From Schmidtea polychroa (Eukaryota): a stretch of DNA of 64,000 bases. A program made the position numbers and the translations under genes. The stretch covers positions 161,076,001 to 161,140,000 of the forward strand of contig CM097886.1 of assembly GCA_044892525.1 (NCBI GenBank), in the 5' to 3' direction. This document shows, one piece after another, positions 13,201-26,519 of the stretch. The notes under the pieces were generated by a model. That model did no database searches. It saw nothing but the letters and a program-made list of their open reading frames with translations, and was not told the origin of the DNA. The stretch's first letter is position 1; the number at the start of each line of letters is the position of its first letter.

Positions 13201-15990
13201 AATACTCAAGATACCATGCCTACATCACCACAAATAAGACTATCAGAAGAGTCATTTAGTCACCACAGGTCAAGAAGAGACGAACATCCTATACACGGAC
13301 CAATACAATACGAAGGAAATAACCATAGTCGTCGGGAACAATCTCCAAGAGAACAATTCTTGAGAAATGCGAGAATCCCGAATAGCTCAGAAAGGAAGCT
13401 GCCAACAGTATCCATGAAGAAAATAATAAATCAGTATGATATATATGTAGCAATAGAATTTTAAATGAGTTAAATTGGCTCAATCCGTAAATCTAGTGTT
13501 AAAAATTGCTAAATTATAAGGTAAAAAATGAATCCATCTTTATAATTTCTGTATTTTCAAGTTAAAAAAATTAAATAGAGAATATGTTTAATTTACGATT
13601 GAAACAAACAATCAAGCAACGTTATTGTCACTTAATATATCAAGGAAACTCCATTTGACATTCACAGTGCAGTAAAAATGTATTTAATTAATATATGAAT
13701 GACCAAGTTTTGAAATTTACAATGAATCGTCATTTATATACGTATGTACGATCTTAATATTAATCAGACAAAATAGTCGTATGTCAAGAATTAAAGTTTG
13801 CATTTTACAGATCATATGATATTTTGACATTGATTGATATGATAAGGCGTCAACAAATAACATTTTAAAAGTATACATTCATTAACAAAATCAGAATAAT
13901 ATTTAGTCTGTTACAAAATTTTATAAAATTTTTTTACAAGTCTCGAATGTTATATGAAAATCAAGTATTTGGGATACTAGTATAAATGCACGACAAAAAA
14001 CGCAGTTGTTTGTTTAAATAATATACATTATTTTTAGTTAAATTTGGAATATTTAGTGTTGAAAATAATGCCATTTTTATGACGTCTGATTTGTTGAAGT
14101 TTCGGCTGTCTATTATTTTGCTGGCAACTTCTTCGCAAGTATTATATTAAAAATCTGTTTACTATTAAACCCCATGAAATAATGTATAATAACGCATTTA
14201 TTGAACGAACCGTAACTCACCATACATTACTGGTACATAATGAAGCAATATTTTATTATTCAATGGCCTTATGTTAATTTTTCTCAAGTTGGTTTAATAT
14301 TTTTTTATTTGTTTACAACGAATTTGCAGCACAGCTTTTTTCAAGTGTTTTTATGAACTTTCAATTAGATTTTACAAAAAATGATTAAAAATCAAGATTT
14401 ATCCAAAATGTATTTTCTGATTTGCAGTTATACAAGAGTTTTTTGCATCGGTAATTCAGGATTAAATAAATTTTTAAATATTGGAAAATGCATTCATATT
14501 GCTCAATAATATATTCAAGTGAAATATTATAAAAAACCGTCGAAAAAATAAAAATTTTTATTGAAAAATATACAATTTTTACCCTTATTTTGATCAAAAA
14601 ATTTTTAAAAAATGCAAAATTAATCAATTATGTCGAATTATCTCGAGTGTCATAATTTGGCCCGTTTAACCTGCTGAAGTTAACTTCAGAATGCACGTTT
14701 AAGGGTTAAAGAGGAATACAATAAATTATCCTTTAATCTTTGATCATCAACATACAAAGACATACATAACCTAAATTGTGCAATGTCCCTCCAATTATTT
14801 TATACACGAAATGCAAGTCATCCATGTACGACACGGTTTCAATTTTAAACCAGTAAAAACATTTACTTGATTTCAGAAAATTACTATATTGAACTCAAAA
14901 ATTTATAAATATTTAGTTATTAAAATTTGATATAACCACTTTTGTTTAGTTTAGATAAGAAACCATTAAGTGATTTTTCTTTTTTATTTTCTAAAGTGTT
15001 TCAAGATTTGTTATTAAACTATCTTTTAAATATAAAACGGTTATAAAAAAATCGAGTTTCTGAGGCACAAAATTACTGTAGAATTACTAATTTATTTAAA
15101 AATTTATTATTGCTTGCTACTATAGCTTTATATAGAGTTCCAATCTGATTAATTTCCCAAAACGGAGTTAATCAAGAAATTGACAACATTCAAAATTCCT
15201 AAATTTTTCTTTGTACTTCTTTGATTTTTGACGTAACAAGTCACAAGTCATATAACAACCATGACTGTTGAATACTTATTCCAATGGGCATATACTTTGT
15301 AGTGACATAACTAGAAATTATGGCTTTATCGTACATATTTTTAAGGTCACCATTAATACTTAATACATTACCGACCGATAGAATTAAGACAAAATATTAA
15401 CTAGGCACCGCGCATTTTTTACAAGCGACAACTAGTGATTTTCTCAAATGTTTATTAGTGTTCGATTTTACTCTTTCTATCATAAAAGAATGTAGTAATA
15501 AATTTATGTGAGCAAAGGGAGCAGGGGGCATCAAAATACATTAGAAATATCCCGAAAACGATCTATATAATACTGTGTTGCATTATATTGCCAAATAGCA
15601 ATTTTTAATTACCGTTAATCAAACTAATAATAATAAAAATTTAATTATTAAAAATATATTCCGCACGAATCGACCTGCCGCCCTGTGTTGGGGGTTAGGT
15701 GCCTTCGAGCTACGCCACCGGTACTTTGATGTAAATTTAAATAAAATCTGCGAGAAACTTTGATCCACTCTATATTTTTTAAAACATATTCCCATATTAT
15801 CAATGCATATAAAAAATAAGTTTATTGCGAAATTAATTCAAAAAATTCAGTTGGCCACGGGACAAATTTGTGAACTTTTGAATTGTTAAATTAAATTGTT
15901 AAATTGTTAAATTAAATTTGAAGTATTTCGATTATTTGAACATTCTTAAGTAATCTTGTTTATAAACAAAATTAAAAATGCAAATTAAAA

Positions 15991-16158
15991 NNNNNNNNNN
16001 NNNNNNNNNNNNNNNNNNNNNNNNNNNNNNNNNNNNNNNNNNNNNNNNNNNNNNNNNNNNNNNNNNNNNNNNNNNNNNNNNNNNNNNNNNNNNNNNNNNN
16101 NNNNNNNNNNNNNNNNNNNNNNNNNNNNNNNNNNNNNNNNNNNNNNNNNNNNNNNNNN
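15991..16158. other. Assembly gap (N run)
   Basis: Run of N; it lies inside the PPP1R3 intron, so the intron length is approximate. Confidence 1.
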
Positions 16159-16366
16159 TGTAAAGAAAACTTCTACGATATTCAATAGCATTAGTGATAT
16201 AAAAATATCAAAAACATTTGTAATTGAAAACACCTGAATCATTTGAAAAAAGAAAGTTAAAATTAGTTTTCGTTTCTATCATTGAGATATTATGATTATT
16301 TATAAAATAATTAATATATTGAATCCATTATTTGAAAAAAAATTTAACCAAAAATACTAAACTAAC

Positions 16367-16598
16367 AATATTTTAAATCAGGAAATATTGAATTATCTAT
16401 TACGAATACACGAATCAACTCCTGTCCTTTATCATCTGCGAACGTGACTTTCTTTTTAATTTGGTTCTGAGGTAATATTCCAGATGCATTTTTAAAATCA
16501 CCTGATTTTCGAAAACTCCAAGAACTGACTTCAAATTTATCACAGAACGCCGATTTCGAAGAATTGATTAGGAATGGTTTTGAATCAAAAATCGTCAT
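16367..16598 (-). CDS. PPP1R3: PPP1R3-family subunit, coding exon 1 (PP1-binding RVxF motif)
   Basis: Contains KKKVTFADDKGQELIRV, the RVxF plus SILK-like (GILP) N-terminal signature. A donor |gttagt at 16366 gives a 232-nt phase-1 exon that joins exon 2 in frame (...KY-S-SIYEK...), for a ~298-aa product. Confidence 0.82.
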
Positions 16599-18876
16599 TT
16601 TGATTCTGCCAAATCAAATCAATAAATAAATAAATTACAAACTAAAAGTAACAGAAATGAAACATACAAAATAATTGAAAAAATCTGTCGCCAATCATAT
16701 TTAAGCTACATACATTTGACCTACTTATTAAGTGTAAATATAGCACCGTTTGAGTAACTAAGATGTTAAAAATATAATGTAAAACAAGAATATTCAGTTA
16801 AACTATAATTGTTATTATTATCTCACGTAATCTCTTTTTGTTATATATGTTAATGTATGTTTTTCGACCTATTTTTAAGATTAATAAATCAGTTTTATTT
16901 AATAATGTTTTCGTATTTTCGAATGTAACTTTCGTGCATTATCTATAAATGGTATATAAATTGAGTTGATATCTGTAAAGTTATATTATTGTTTACGATT
17001 TTCAGTAAAAAATTTTTATTTTGAAAATAATTTCACTTAACATTTTTGAATGTATTTTTATTTACGTTTTTCATTTAAATCGATATTTATGGCTGAATTT
17101 TGTAGACACAAGCAAAGTCACATGAAATTATATATATTTATTTTAAAAATGGGAAAGTGTTTGTAACAGGTAAATGTTAAACATTTCGTTTATTTTCGTT
17201 TTTTAAATGTTATAAAATATATTTTAGTTTCAAACTCGAATTTTATTTCAAAAAAAGAATATTTTGAGATTGCATCTCGTAATGTTAAAATTGTAATTTA
17301 TTAATTGAATTACAGGCTAAAAATTAACTCATTAGGCGGAAATATTGGAAACAGATGGTCTTAAAAATTCATATAAAATATCTTTTGATTAAAAGGAGTC
17401 ACTAGTAAGTGTAGATGTATAAAATTTTGTAATTATAATTTATATTGAATGGTCATGTATAAACTTGCTAGTTTAGGATGGAAATTTTCAGTTTGGTTGA
17501 AAAGCTAGTTGAAAACACTTTAAACATCAGATAAACTTAGTATTAAGTTTGAAAATTTAATTAGATTTATTTTTTATAATTGACTGAAATTGTGGATATA
17601 TTTGTGATAAAATTTAGTGGGTAAAAATGTTATAATTTGTTGAGTCGTGTTCATTTAAAAGTTTGTTGGTATTGTGGAGTGATTTATGGTCTCCAGGCTA
17701 CTGAGACGAAGGTGGTACAGTAAAACAAAGTACTTTATGAAAATTCTTTTATGAATTTTATACACTTATAAAGTTTCCATGCTTATAATTGTTTGTGGTA
17801 TGTGTACAAAATAGTGCATCACATTTGTAGATTACAGACATCTGGGTGTATCATGCACCCCACAAAACACTGCATATTTCATACAAAAATTGACTAATTT
17901 AGAAAGTACAGAGCATAATAAGCTTTACAAAGTCTCAGTGGCTGTGACACAGAAATCAGTCACAATTTGCATATTTTATTCTCGATTTTCTGACGCTAGA
18001 TAGTGGGCATAAGTGATAAGTCTTATATTATTTGCCTGTGTTGGGATGGAACCAAAAATTGAGAGCTTGTCTTATTGAGTCGGAAATACATAGCATTAAA
18101 ACTGCACCAAGATGAATTAAAATTTATGATCATACCCCAAATAATACAAAATAAAGTACACAACCCATTGAGAATAAATAAAACACGTATAATAAAATCG
18201 AGGAACGCAAAAAGTTGCAATTATCAACAGGGTTAAGAGAGAAATAACGCATTCTGAAAATCTTCCAATTAGAAAATAAAATAATAAGTAAAATAATCGA
18301 TAATATATAAATCAGTATAAATACCGTCTGGAAATTCATTTTATCAACTTTTTAAAATTTTTGGAAAACTTGCTTTGTCAATTGGTGAATTTATTAACTG
18401 GCTCTCAGTTTTCGGAACTTATGAGTTCTATGCATTTGTGGTAAGTCTGTTTTTGTATAAATTAATTTTTAGGTTAATAAATTTTAACGTCCAATTTAAT
18501 TTTTATTTTTTGTTATTTTTATTATTCATTTCTTCAAAGTTTAACCACGTTTTCAGAGACAACCGAAAAATGTGGTCGTGAATGATTATATGTAAATATG
18601 AATTTGTTCTAGAGGAGTAGGCAGGTGGAAGGCTAACGAGTGAGGCACGGAACGCTTCTTCGTCGAATCGGTGACTTGCATGCTGACTATCAGCAGGTCG
18701 ACATTCGCCGAGTGCTCTGAATAGGGATCTCGTCGTGGTCACCGCTGGAGTTGTTTTATGCGCTGAATCCTAGTGGAAATAGGTTACAGTTTCCGCAACT
18801 AAATATTTTAGTGTCATCGGCTATAGGTAGCAATTGAATAAGGTGAGACAATAATCTAATAAAGGGATTGATAATT

Positions 18877-19123
18877 AAATGTGACGTAGGACCTTCTATG
18901 TCAATCTAGGACCCGAAAATGAAAAGGTAATGATGGATAGTTCTAGTAGTAGAGCTCACCTGCACATTGATTTTCAGCCACTGTGTACATTACCAACATG
19001 GTCGTTGTCATGGGTACACATCTGTTAAAAAGTAAAATAATCATGAATGCGTTTAGGGAAGAGTCGATGCCGAATCCATAAGCAACCCTAGAATATTTAA
19101 ATGGCACCCCCTATGCGCCAACA
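18877..19123 (+). mobile_element. 3' end (U5-like) of a diverged LTR related to the giant element's LTR
   Basis: Colinear blocks shared with 26781-27053: aaatgtgacgtaggaccttctat vs aaatggacgtaagcccttctat; agctcacctgc (identical, 76 nt downstream in both); taccaac; caaccct; ends CCAACA. Confidence 0.6.
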
Positions 19124-19816
19124 ATAGTAGGTTTTATGTTCAATAATGATTTTTAATTGTCAATGCTGACTATAGTTAGTAGCAAACCATAAGAAAATAA
19201 GTACTATTAATTGTTATTCGCAAAATTGTTCAAATTTCAAAATATGTAAATGTTGACTATAAACAGAGTCCTTTCGTCATTGATCCTTTCAGAAATTGGA
19301 AATTTCTTATACAAATAAAATATAATCTAAACATAAGCCTTTGCTGAAGAAAATTCTTTTAATCTTAATTCTTTTTTTTTAAATTCTTTTAAACTTCATA
19401 TTTAACCTTGAAACCCTTCTATGTTGTACTAGGGACCAATCCCAATATTATTAATTATTTTTATTTTTATGACCTTAAATATGCCATGAAATTTATATAA
19501 ATACATGCTTGACCAATTTTATATTTGACTATATATATATATATATATTTGTTTAGTTCTATATTTTTAAATCCCTAAATAAAGTTTAATGACATTAATG
19601 TTAAATAACGATAACTTAACTTTGGTTTACCCTGAAGTATTAAAGTTATATTGTTCAATTTGAATTTGTTTTCTTTTTCTACCCTTATTTGACTTTTTTT
19701 ACAAACATTACTATATTCCATTATAATGATTATATATGGTCTAGTACAGGAACACTCGGAAGACCATGGTGATACAAGTGGGGTGACACCAAAAGTTTAC
19801 CGCATTTGGTGTCACA

Positions 19817-19976
19817 NNNNNNNNNNNNNNNNNNNNNNNNNNNNNNNNNNNNNNNNNNNNNNNNNNNNNNNNNNNNNNNNNNNNNNNNNNNNNNNNNNNN
19901 NNNNNNNNNNNNNNNNNNNNNNNNNNNNNNNNNNNNNNNNNNNNNNNNNNNNNNNNNNNNNNNNNNNNNNNNNNNN
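19817..19976. other. Assembly gap (N run)
   Basis: Run of N. Confidence 1.
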
Positions 19977-22069
19977 ATGTCAAAGGGAAGTATTCATTAA
20001 AATGGTATTTTGGTAATTACAATATTGGTAGTTCGATAAATTATATCACTTTTAGCTTTTATACAAGATTTTAGAGATGGTTGAATGTAATATCCAGTTG
20101 GAATTCAATCTTAAAGCGGATAATACTGAGATTTTAAATTAATTTTTGTATAATTTGTATTAAATCCTAACATTAAAATTTGAAAAAGAATAAAACTAGA
20201 ATCAAAATTAGAATAATATGAAATTTTATATACACACCATTGTGGGAAAAATTTCAAAATTTTGGACAAACTTGCGTAAAATTGATAGTTTTTAAAATGT
20301 ATCAAAATATGTAACTAGCCTACTTCGATTTCTCATAATAGCCTAAAGACACTTGTTATGAAAGTGTCTTTGAATTAAATATTATAAATAATCTTGAAAT
20401 ATAAGCGGTTTCGAGCCATTGAGAATGGGTTAATTAGATTCCGAAGGCGTACCTATTAGCGATTCGAAGAAAGTACCTTGAACAAAAGTAGCCATAATTT
20501 ATTGAAAAATTGTCAAAATCTTTTAAGATGCCTGCAATTTATGTTTTATAATCTAGTATTTTCAGAAATTTTGGAAAAAACATCAAAGTATAATTAAAAT
20601 CTTATGATTTACAGTATTCAAGTTCCTTTATGGCACAAATATACTTAAAATTAATTATTTTATTAATTTGGTCGCTGGCCATGGTACATTGAGTTGTTCT
20701 AAACCTTAGAATCTAAGGAGTTAAAACTGCATTTATTAAGGACCCAAATAAAAACTTTCAATAATTAGCTACTTACAATAGTCAATAAATGAAATTTTTC
20801 AATGAAAATAAAAATACAAAATTATACAAAATGTTCAAAAATGATTCAAAAATCAAATTTTATTTATAATTGAAATTCTAAATATTTTTTATTCCAAAGT
20901 TTCTTTCAATTTGTAATTATGTCAATATTTTACTTTTAATATTACGTTTTAAGCGGTGTGAATAGGTCATCCTTTTATTATAAAACTTAATTTAGTCACT
21001 ATCTGTCTTGAAATTATGCAAAAGGTTATTTTTTCAAAGGAAATGAAACCCAAATTAGGAAGAGAATCAAAAATTCAAAAAGAATCAAAAAACATCATTT
21101 CTTTCAATATCAGTTGTACCTTGCTTGTTCTTGTGGTAGTTTCGAAACTTAGATGGGCTTAGATTAGAGTTGAACTAAAAAACAACAAGCTACAAAAATT
21201 TGAAAAAATTTTCGGAAATTTAATTGTTTTGGTAATAAACATAATAAATTCTAAATTCAAACTAAATTATGCTACATGCATATTATATTTAACCACTTTT
21301 TCACGATTTTTAAGGTGAAATAAATAAAAATAATCGCAAATAAAAATAATCACAAAATAATCATTAATAACAATAATAAAACTGTCAAAAATTTGATTAA
21401 ATAAGAATATTTCATTCTGAAAGAAGATCAGAAATGATTTTATGCAACGCAAATTTTTAATCTTTTGTCATAATAAAAATAAATGAAATATCAACAAAAA
21501 CAAATGCGACCTAAAAAAGGTTTTACCGGTGTTGGGCTAAATAAGGATTATATCAAATTTCAATAAAAAATTAATCAAATAAAATGATAGCCGACATCTA
21601 TCCGAGGGAGATTAATACATAGTATCTAAAAAGCAAAAAGTTGAATTAAAGAAATAAAAACATTAAACAAACAAAAGTTAAATCAATAGACTTAATTAAA
21701 AAGTAAAAAAAAATAAATAAAATCGGAAAACACAAACAGCCGCAAAATGAAACATATTTTATTAGCAAAACACATGCCAATATAGAGAAAAGAGACATAA
21801 CATCCGAGATAAAGAAGGTATTAAGAAGATCGGAAGAAATATTAGCGATAATACGACCACTCAAAATGAAAAAACTTTTAAAAAAATAATCATAAAATAA
21901 AGCAAATAAAAGTAAAAGTAAATAAATAAATTTAAACGAAAATTAAAAGAAAAGATTTACATAAAAAATTATCTAAATTGGATAGTAACATCCACAGCGG
22001 ATGATCCACCAATGAGGAAGCAGTATTCCTGCTTTCACCTGATTGGTCATGAAAAATTGAAAATTCTTC

Positions 22070-22200
22070 CATAATGCTTCAATTCAAGGAAGAGCATTAT
22101 CCCAAAATAATTTTATAGAACATCTGCCACCTTACAGCCCGTTCCTCAATGCCATTGAAAGAGTCTCCAGCAAGGTAAAATGCAGCATAAAGAAGACAAT
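22070..22200 (+). mobile_element. Tc1/IS630-type (DDE_3) transposase C-terminal fragment
   Basis: In-frame HNASIQ...HLPPYSPFLNAIERVSSKVK matches the DNAxxH and LPPYSPxLNPIE motifs. Confidence 0.7.
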
Positions 22201-23240
22201 ATCAAGAGCAACTGGCTTCAGTACGATTTAATTCGAAAGGAGATTTGATTTAGTTACTGATGTTCTGGAAAGTGAGCTGAAAAAATTGAATATAAAAATT
22301 TAAAAAAACTATTTTCAACACATCCACCGTTTTTCCCTAAATGCTATAAAAAATAGAAATTTTTGAGGATTAGTAAATTGTATTTGTTACTTAATTACTT
22401 TAAAAATAATAAAACTCACATTATATTGAAATAATTCCAAATTTTTATTAATAAACATCTAAAACTCATGAAAAAATTAATTAAAAATAATTTATAATAA
22501 AAAACGTTGATGAAAAGTATTATTTAAGAGCTTGAATATGGATCAAAATCCAAGCCTTAAAGTTTACTTTAAATAAAAAAAGTTACTTGAAAGCCATTTC
22601 TAAAATGGCTAAATAGAAATAGTTAAAATAGCTAAATTTGTACACTGGATTAAATTAACTCCAAAGAATTTCATCATAAATAAGGACGCATCTATAATTG
22701 GTTGTACATACCAACCCATATTATAGATGCGTTTATTCAGTGCAAACGGGTGTATTATTACTTTGCATTTTTCAATTTAATCTTTCAAGTGGTAAGGATT
22801 GTTTTTATTCTATAACATTTTTTGTGTAATGTAATGTTCATAAGTATTGATCAGTTACTGTTCTGTTTTGCTAACCTAATATGTTAATAAAATTTTAATA
22901 TTCTGTTGGGCTGAGTCGAAAATTTAATCGTTGAAAAATAAGAAAGTAGGGAAGTAGAACATTAAGAAAAATAAAAATAAAATAAATAAAATCAGAAATA
23001 AAATAGAATAAGGTATAAGGAAAATAATAATTAAGACATAAGAATTAAAACAAAAAATAAAATTAAGAAAAGATTAAAATAGAACAAGTTGACAAATAAA
23101 TAAAGAGGAATTCAAGAAATAATAAGGAAATTAAGGAAATAAATAGAAAAACATATTAAAAATAAAGAAAATAAGGAGAAAACAACCTAAAAACAAGAAA
23201 ATTATATTAAATTAATAGAAATAAGCGGTACTCAACTCTG

Positions 23241-23328
23241 ATTGGTCCGCACGAATAAGAATTTGATATATATACAACTACCAAAAACATTAAATTTACT
23301 GTTAACCCCGAGCATTTCATAGGTAAGA
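23241..23328 (+). promoter_or_regulatory. Putative LTR promoter (inverted CCAAT, TATA-like) and leader splice donor
   Basis: ATTGG 23241-45, TATATATA 23267-74, AG|GTAAGA donor at 23323, lying between two copies of the 28-bp repeat tttactgttaaccccgagcatttcatag (23295-23322, 23344-23371). Function is inferred. Confidence 0.4.
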
Positions 23329-25766
23329 AAAATGTTTACTGTTTTTACTGTTAACCCCGAGCATTTCATAGACATCTACAACTCACGGAGACTTATTTCA
23401 AGGATCAGCAATACCAGTAGAGCAACAGTTAATTCGAAAAACTTCACAGCAATTCGAACTCAGTCACAGCAATCGACATTCGACGAACTATCATCAGACT
23501 AATTTGGAACGACTAACGTTAATTTTCCGATTCAGCCTAATTCCATAGTAAGGGATTTTTATTTATGATATTGTTTTTCGAAGTTAATAGTAAATATGTA
23601 TATTTAATGAGCAATTAAACTTTTAAATTTAACCAGACTCTCTTTTCATTTGATCCTGAATAACGATTTTGATAAAGTAAATAATTTAAATGTTTAAAAG
23701 TATTTATTGGTAACAGGTGAACTCTTACATAATTTTTATGGATATTTATTTTGAAGTGGTAGTTTTATGATTTCTAATATTAACGAGAAACGTGGCGTTG
23801 AGATACTCCATGTCATGGTGTGAGGTGCCTTCGGGAGCTCAGCCGGTGGACATGGAGTATTTCAATCACGCAGCTAGATTGGGCCGAAATGTGAAGGCTT
23901 CTTCACGGGTCCAATTGCTGAAGGACTTAAAATCTGTCAGAGTACCGAAATATAGACCGAAAGGAAACCTTCTGAAATTTTCGAAAATAGGATATGTGCT
24001 TCACAGCGACTGAGGGAGTTCTCATATTAACTCTGTATTGTCCAGAGTCGTCTTACAAGACATTCATGCCACTTCTGTCTATAAATCCGAACTTACCATG
24101 TGGGGGAAAATACCATTAAACATCCATCGCTGGTTTTCTAACATATCGAGAAGTTGAAATTGCATTCGGTAGATTTTTGAAAAAGTAACTCTAATTTAGG
24201 TCATCTCTTTCAGATGCGACATCCAAATCCTAGCATATGATGAGGAATTTACAATAAGGGAAAAATAAAACATAAAACCACAATAATACTGTATTCAATC
24301 ACATATATTAACAAAATCTGGTAATACCCATCGAATAATGTTCATGCTATTGCGTCGAAATATCCACTACTGAAATATGCTTCATAGAGTCTAGTTGGCT
24401 GGTTCGTAGAGATCTCCCATCGTTCAAAAACATCCAATATTGAGGAAATTACGAGTCGTAGTAAATAAATCCAACATCATAAGCTCAGATGGGAATCGAC
24501 ACGCGATGTAACATTTGCAGTTCGCTCAGTACGGTTGATAGTTACAGATAAAATTTCCATCGAACAGGCACCCATACATACAGACATACTGCTAACATAA
24601 CTATGAGTAGCGTCATCCGGTCAGAAATATGCATGAGAAACAGCAGAATCATTCCGAATGCCTCTCACCGCAGGGAATGCCGCCATGTGTCACCCTCTCT
24701 AGTGTGTGAGTAGTAATCAGTAGTCATATTAGATAATGCTGACATGAGATGTGACTTCCAGATGACTGACTCTTAAATTTCACTACTGATAAAGGTCATT
24801 CGTACCACTAAAAAGATAAGCCAAAATAACCAGTAACCGACTACTAAGATAAGAGACTCTCTAAAGTGCACTCATTAAAGATAATTTTGCTTAAATTAAA
24901 TATTCTAAATAAAAATCGAAATTGTTGAAGGGGTATTTTAATTAATAACCGAAAATTCAAACCAAACTTTATAACTAAACCATAGGAAGTTTCACCTAAG
25001 TGTTGTAGAGGTTTATCGTAATTCTGATTAGATGTTACAAATAATAGTAGTAGCCTTTGAGCCAAATTTAAATTAACTAAAGCATCCACAGGAATTTTTG
25101 GGTTATAAAATAGCTAGTAATATTGTATTTAAATTTCTCATATTCCATGTAAACTACGTATCGCAATAGAAAACTAAATCCGATAACAAATTATTATGTA
25201 ATTACAATGTTTTTACGATGCCATATTTCTACGACGATATCACCGTATGGTATGGATAAGGGGTGATCATAAAATAGTGACGTATAGTTTATACGAAATT
25301 ACGAGTTGTTACTTATTCCGCTACTTGAGGTAAGGGTGCAAGTTTTTACTAGTTGCATTTGGTCCAAAAACCTTATTTTGCATTAGAATAACAACAAATA
25401 ATCAGCGAAATTTAAACGAAGTGTAGTATAGTGTATTTGTAATGAAATAGGTTTATTCACTCCGGCATGAACAAATCCGTAAATTGCCTTTATGTGCGAT
25501 AGATAGAAATCCAACTCGAACGCGATAGACGAAAATTAAAATTTTTACAAATAATTTGCATTCGTCAGGGAAGCAATCAGGGCGTTGAGGAATAATTTTT
25601 GTAAAGGATACGTAAAATATTAGTAATCAGGGGTGAAGGGAGGGATCCTGTTTCATCGACTCGTCTTGTTTTCTTCCAGCACTAAGTATCCAATAGCGAA
25701 TAAACCGTATATCTGATCCGAAATTTTTGGATATAGTCATCATAGTTTTCTTCTTTAGCCATCCAT

Positions 25767-26519
25767 ATGTTATCAAACCACAAATCAGCTCTACGTCCCT
25801 GCTTCTCCTGCTCAGATAAAAATGCAGTGATTAAAGATCTTCAGGCCCAGATCGGTCGATATAAACGAAAAATCGACGAACTGGAAGGGACATGGTTTAG
25901 TCCCGCTCGGATGAAGGAGATCCAAAAGAAGCTCGATCGTAGCGAGCATTGCCGGGACGCGCTAATATCTGAGAGCCGTGCCCAAAGAAGTCTGATCAGA
26001 GAACAATCCGAGGCACTGCATAAGGTTTACGTGCAGGCGGCTACAACCCGAAAAATAGTGCAGGTTCCCATCCGAGAGGCCGATGACATCTTTCCGCCTC
26101 ATCACAACCTTTCCTCGAATCCATCTCCACCGTTCAAGAGACCGTGCCAAGACTGCGTCGAAAACGAATTGTCCCCCAAGCGACCAGATGTTGTCGTCAC
26201 GGGTACCAGTAAGCCCCCCACTGCTAGTCCATCTGTATCAGTCACCCTTCTGCAAGTGGCATCTTCAAGCAAACCCAAGCGCAAACAACTCTCTCGTGCA
26301 GAGCGCAAGAAGAGACAGCGCGAACGCGCCACTACAAAGCCAAACATCCCATCAATAGAGGATTCAACCAACGGTGGCAACTCTCACGTGTCCATCGACC
26401 TAACAACGGGACCCTCAGCACGAATCATATCAGCCGCTGGCGTAACGTGGGAAGAGAACGCTTCCGAGTTTTTTAACCTCGACGAATTATTCGCCGACGC
26501 TGAATGGGAGAAACAATAG
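25767..26519 (+). CDS. LTR-encoded 250-aa protein (5' LTR copy): coiled coil, two CxxC, basic NLS-like tract, acidic/aromatic tail
   Basis: ATG-initiated GC-richer ORF within an otherwise AT-rich LTR; RPCFSC and RPCQDC, KPKRKQLSRAERKKRQRER, EFFNLDELFADAEWEKQ. Confidence 0.7.
   Translation: MLSNHKSALRPCFSCSDKNAVIKDLQAQIGRYKRKIDELEGTWFSPARMKEIQKKLDRSEHCRDALISESRAQRSLIREQSEALHKVYVQAATTRKIVQVPIREADDIFPPHHNLSSNPSPPFKRPCQDCVENELSPKRPDVVVTGTSKPPTASPSVSVTLLQVASSSKPKRKQLSRAERKKRQRERATTKPNIPSIEDSTNGGNSHVSIDLTTGPSARIISAAGVTWEENASEFFNLDELFADAEWEKQ

Noticed and set aside
15978-16242. ORFs spanning N runs (also 19726-20016 and 62862-63164)
   Set aside because: Artefacts of translating assembly gaps.
22686-22733. 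13-bp inverted repeat acgcatctataat/attatagatgcgt
   Set aside because: Probably a TE relic next to the Tc1 fragment; too short to interpret.
23792-25089. Small LTR ORFs (73 aa GTG-start; 81 aa antisense) and their 3' LTR copies
   Set aside because: Short, non-ATG or antisense, no motifs; duplicated only because the LTR is.
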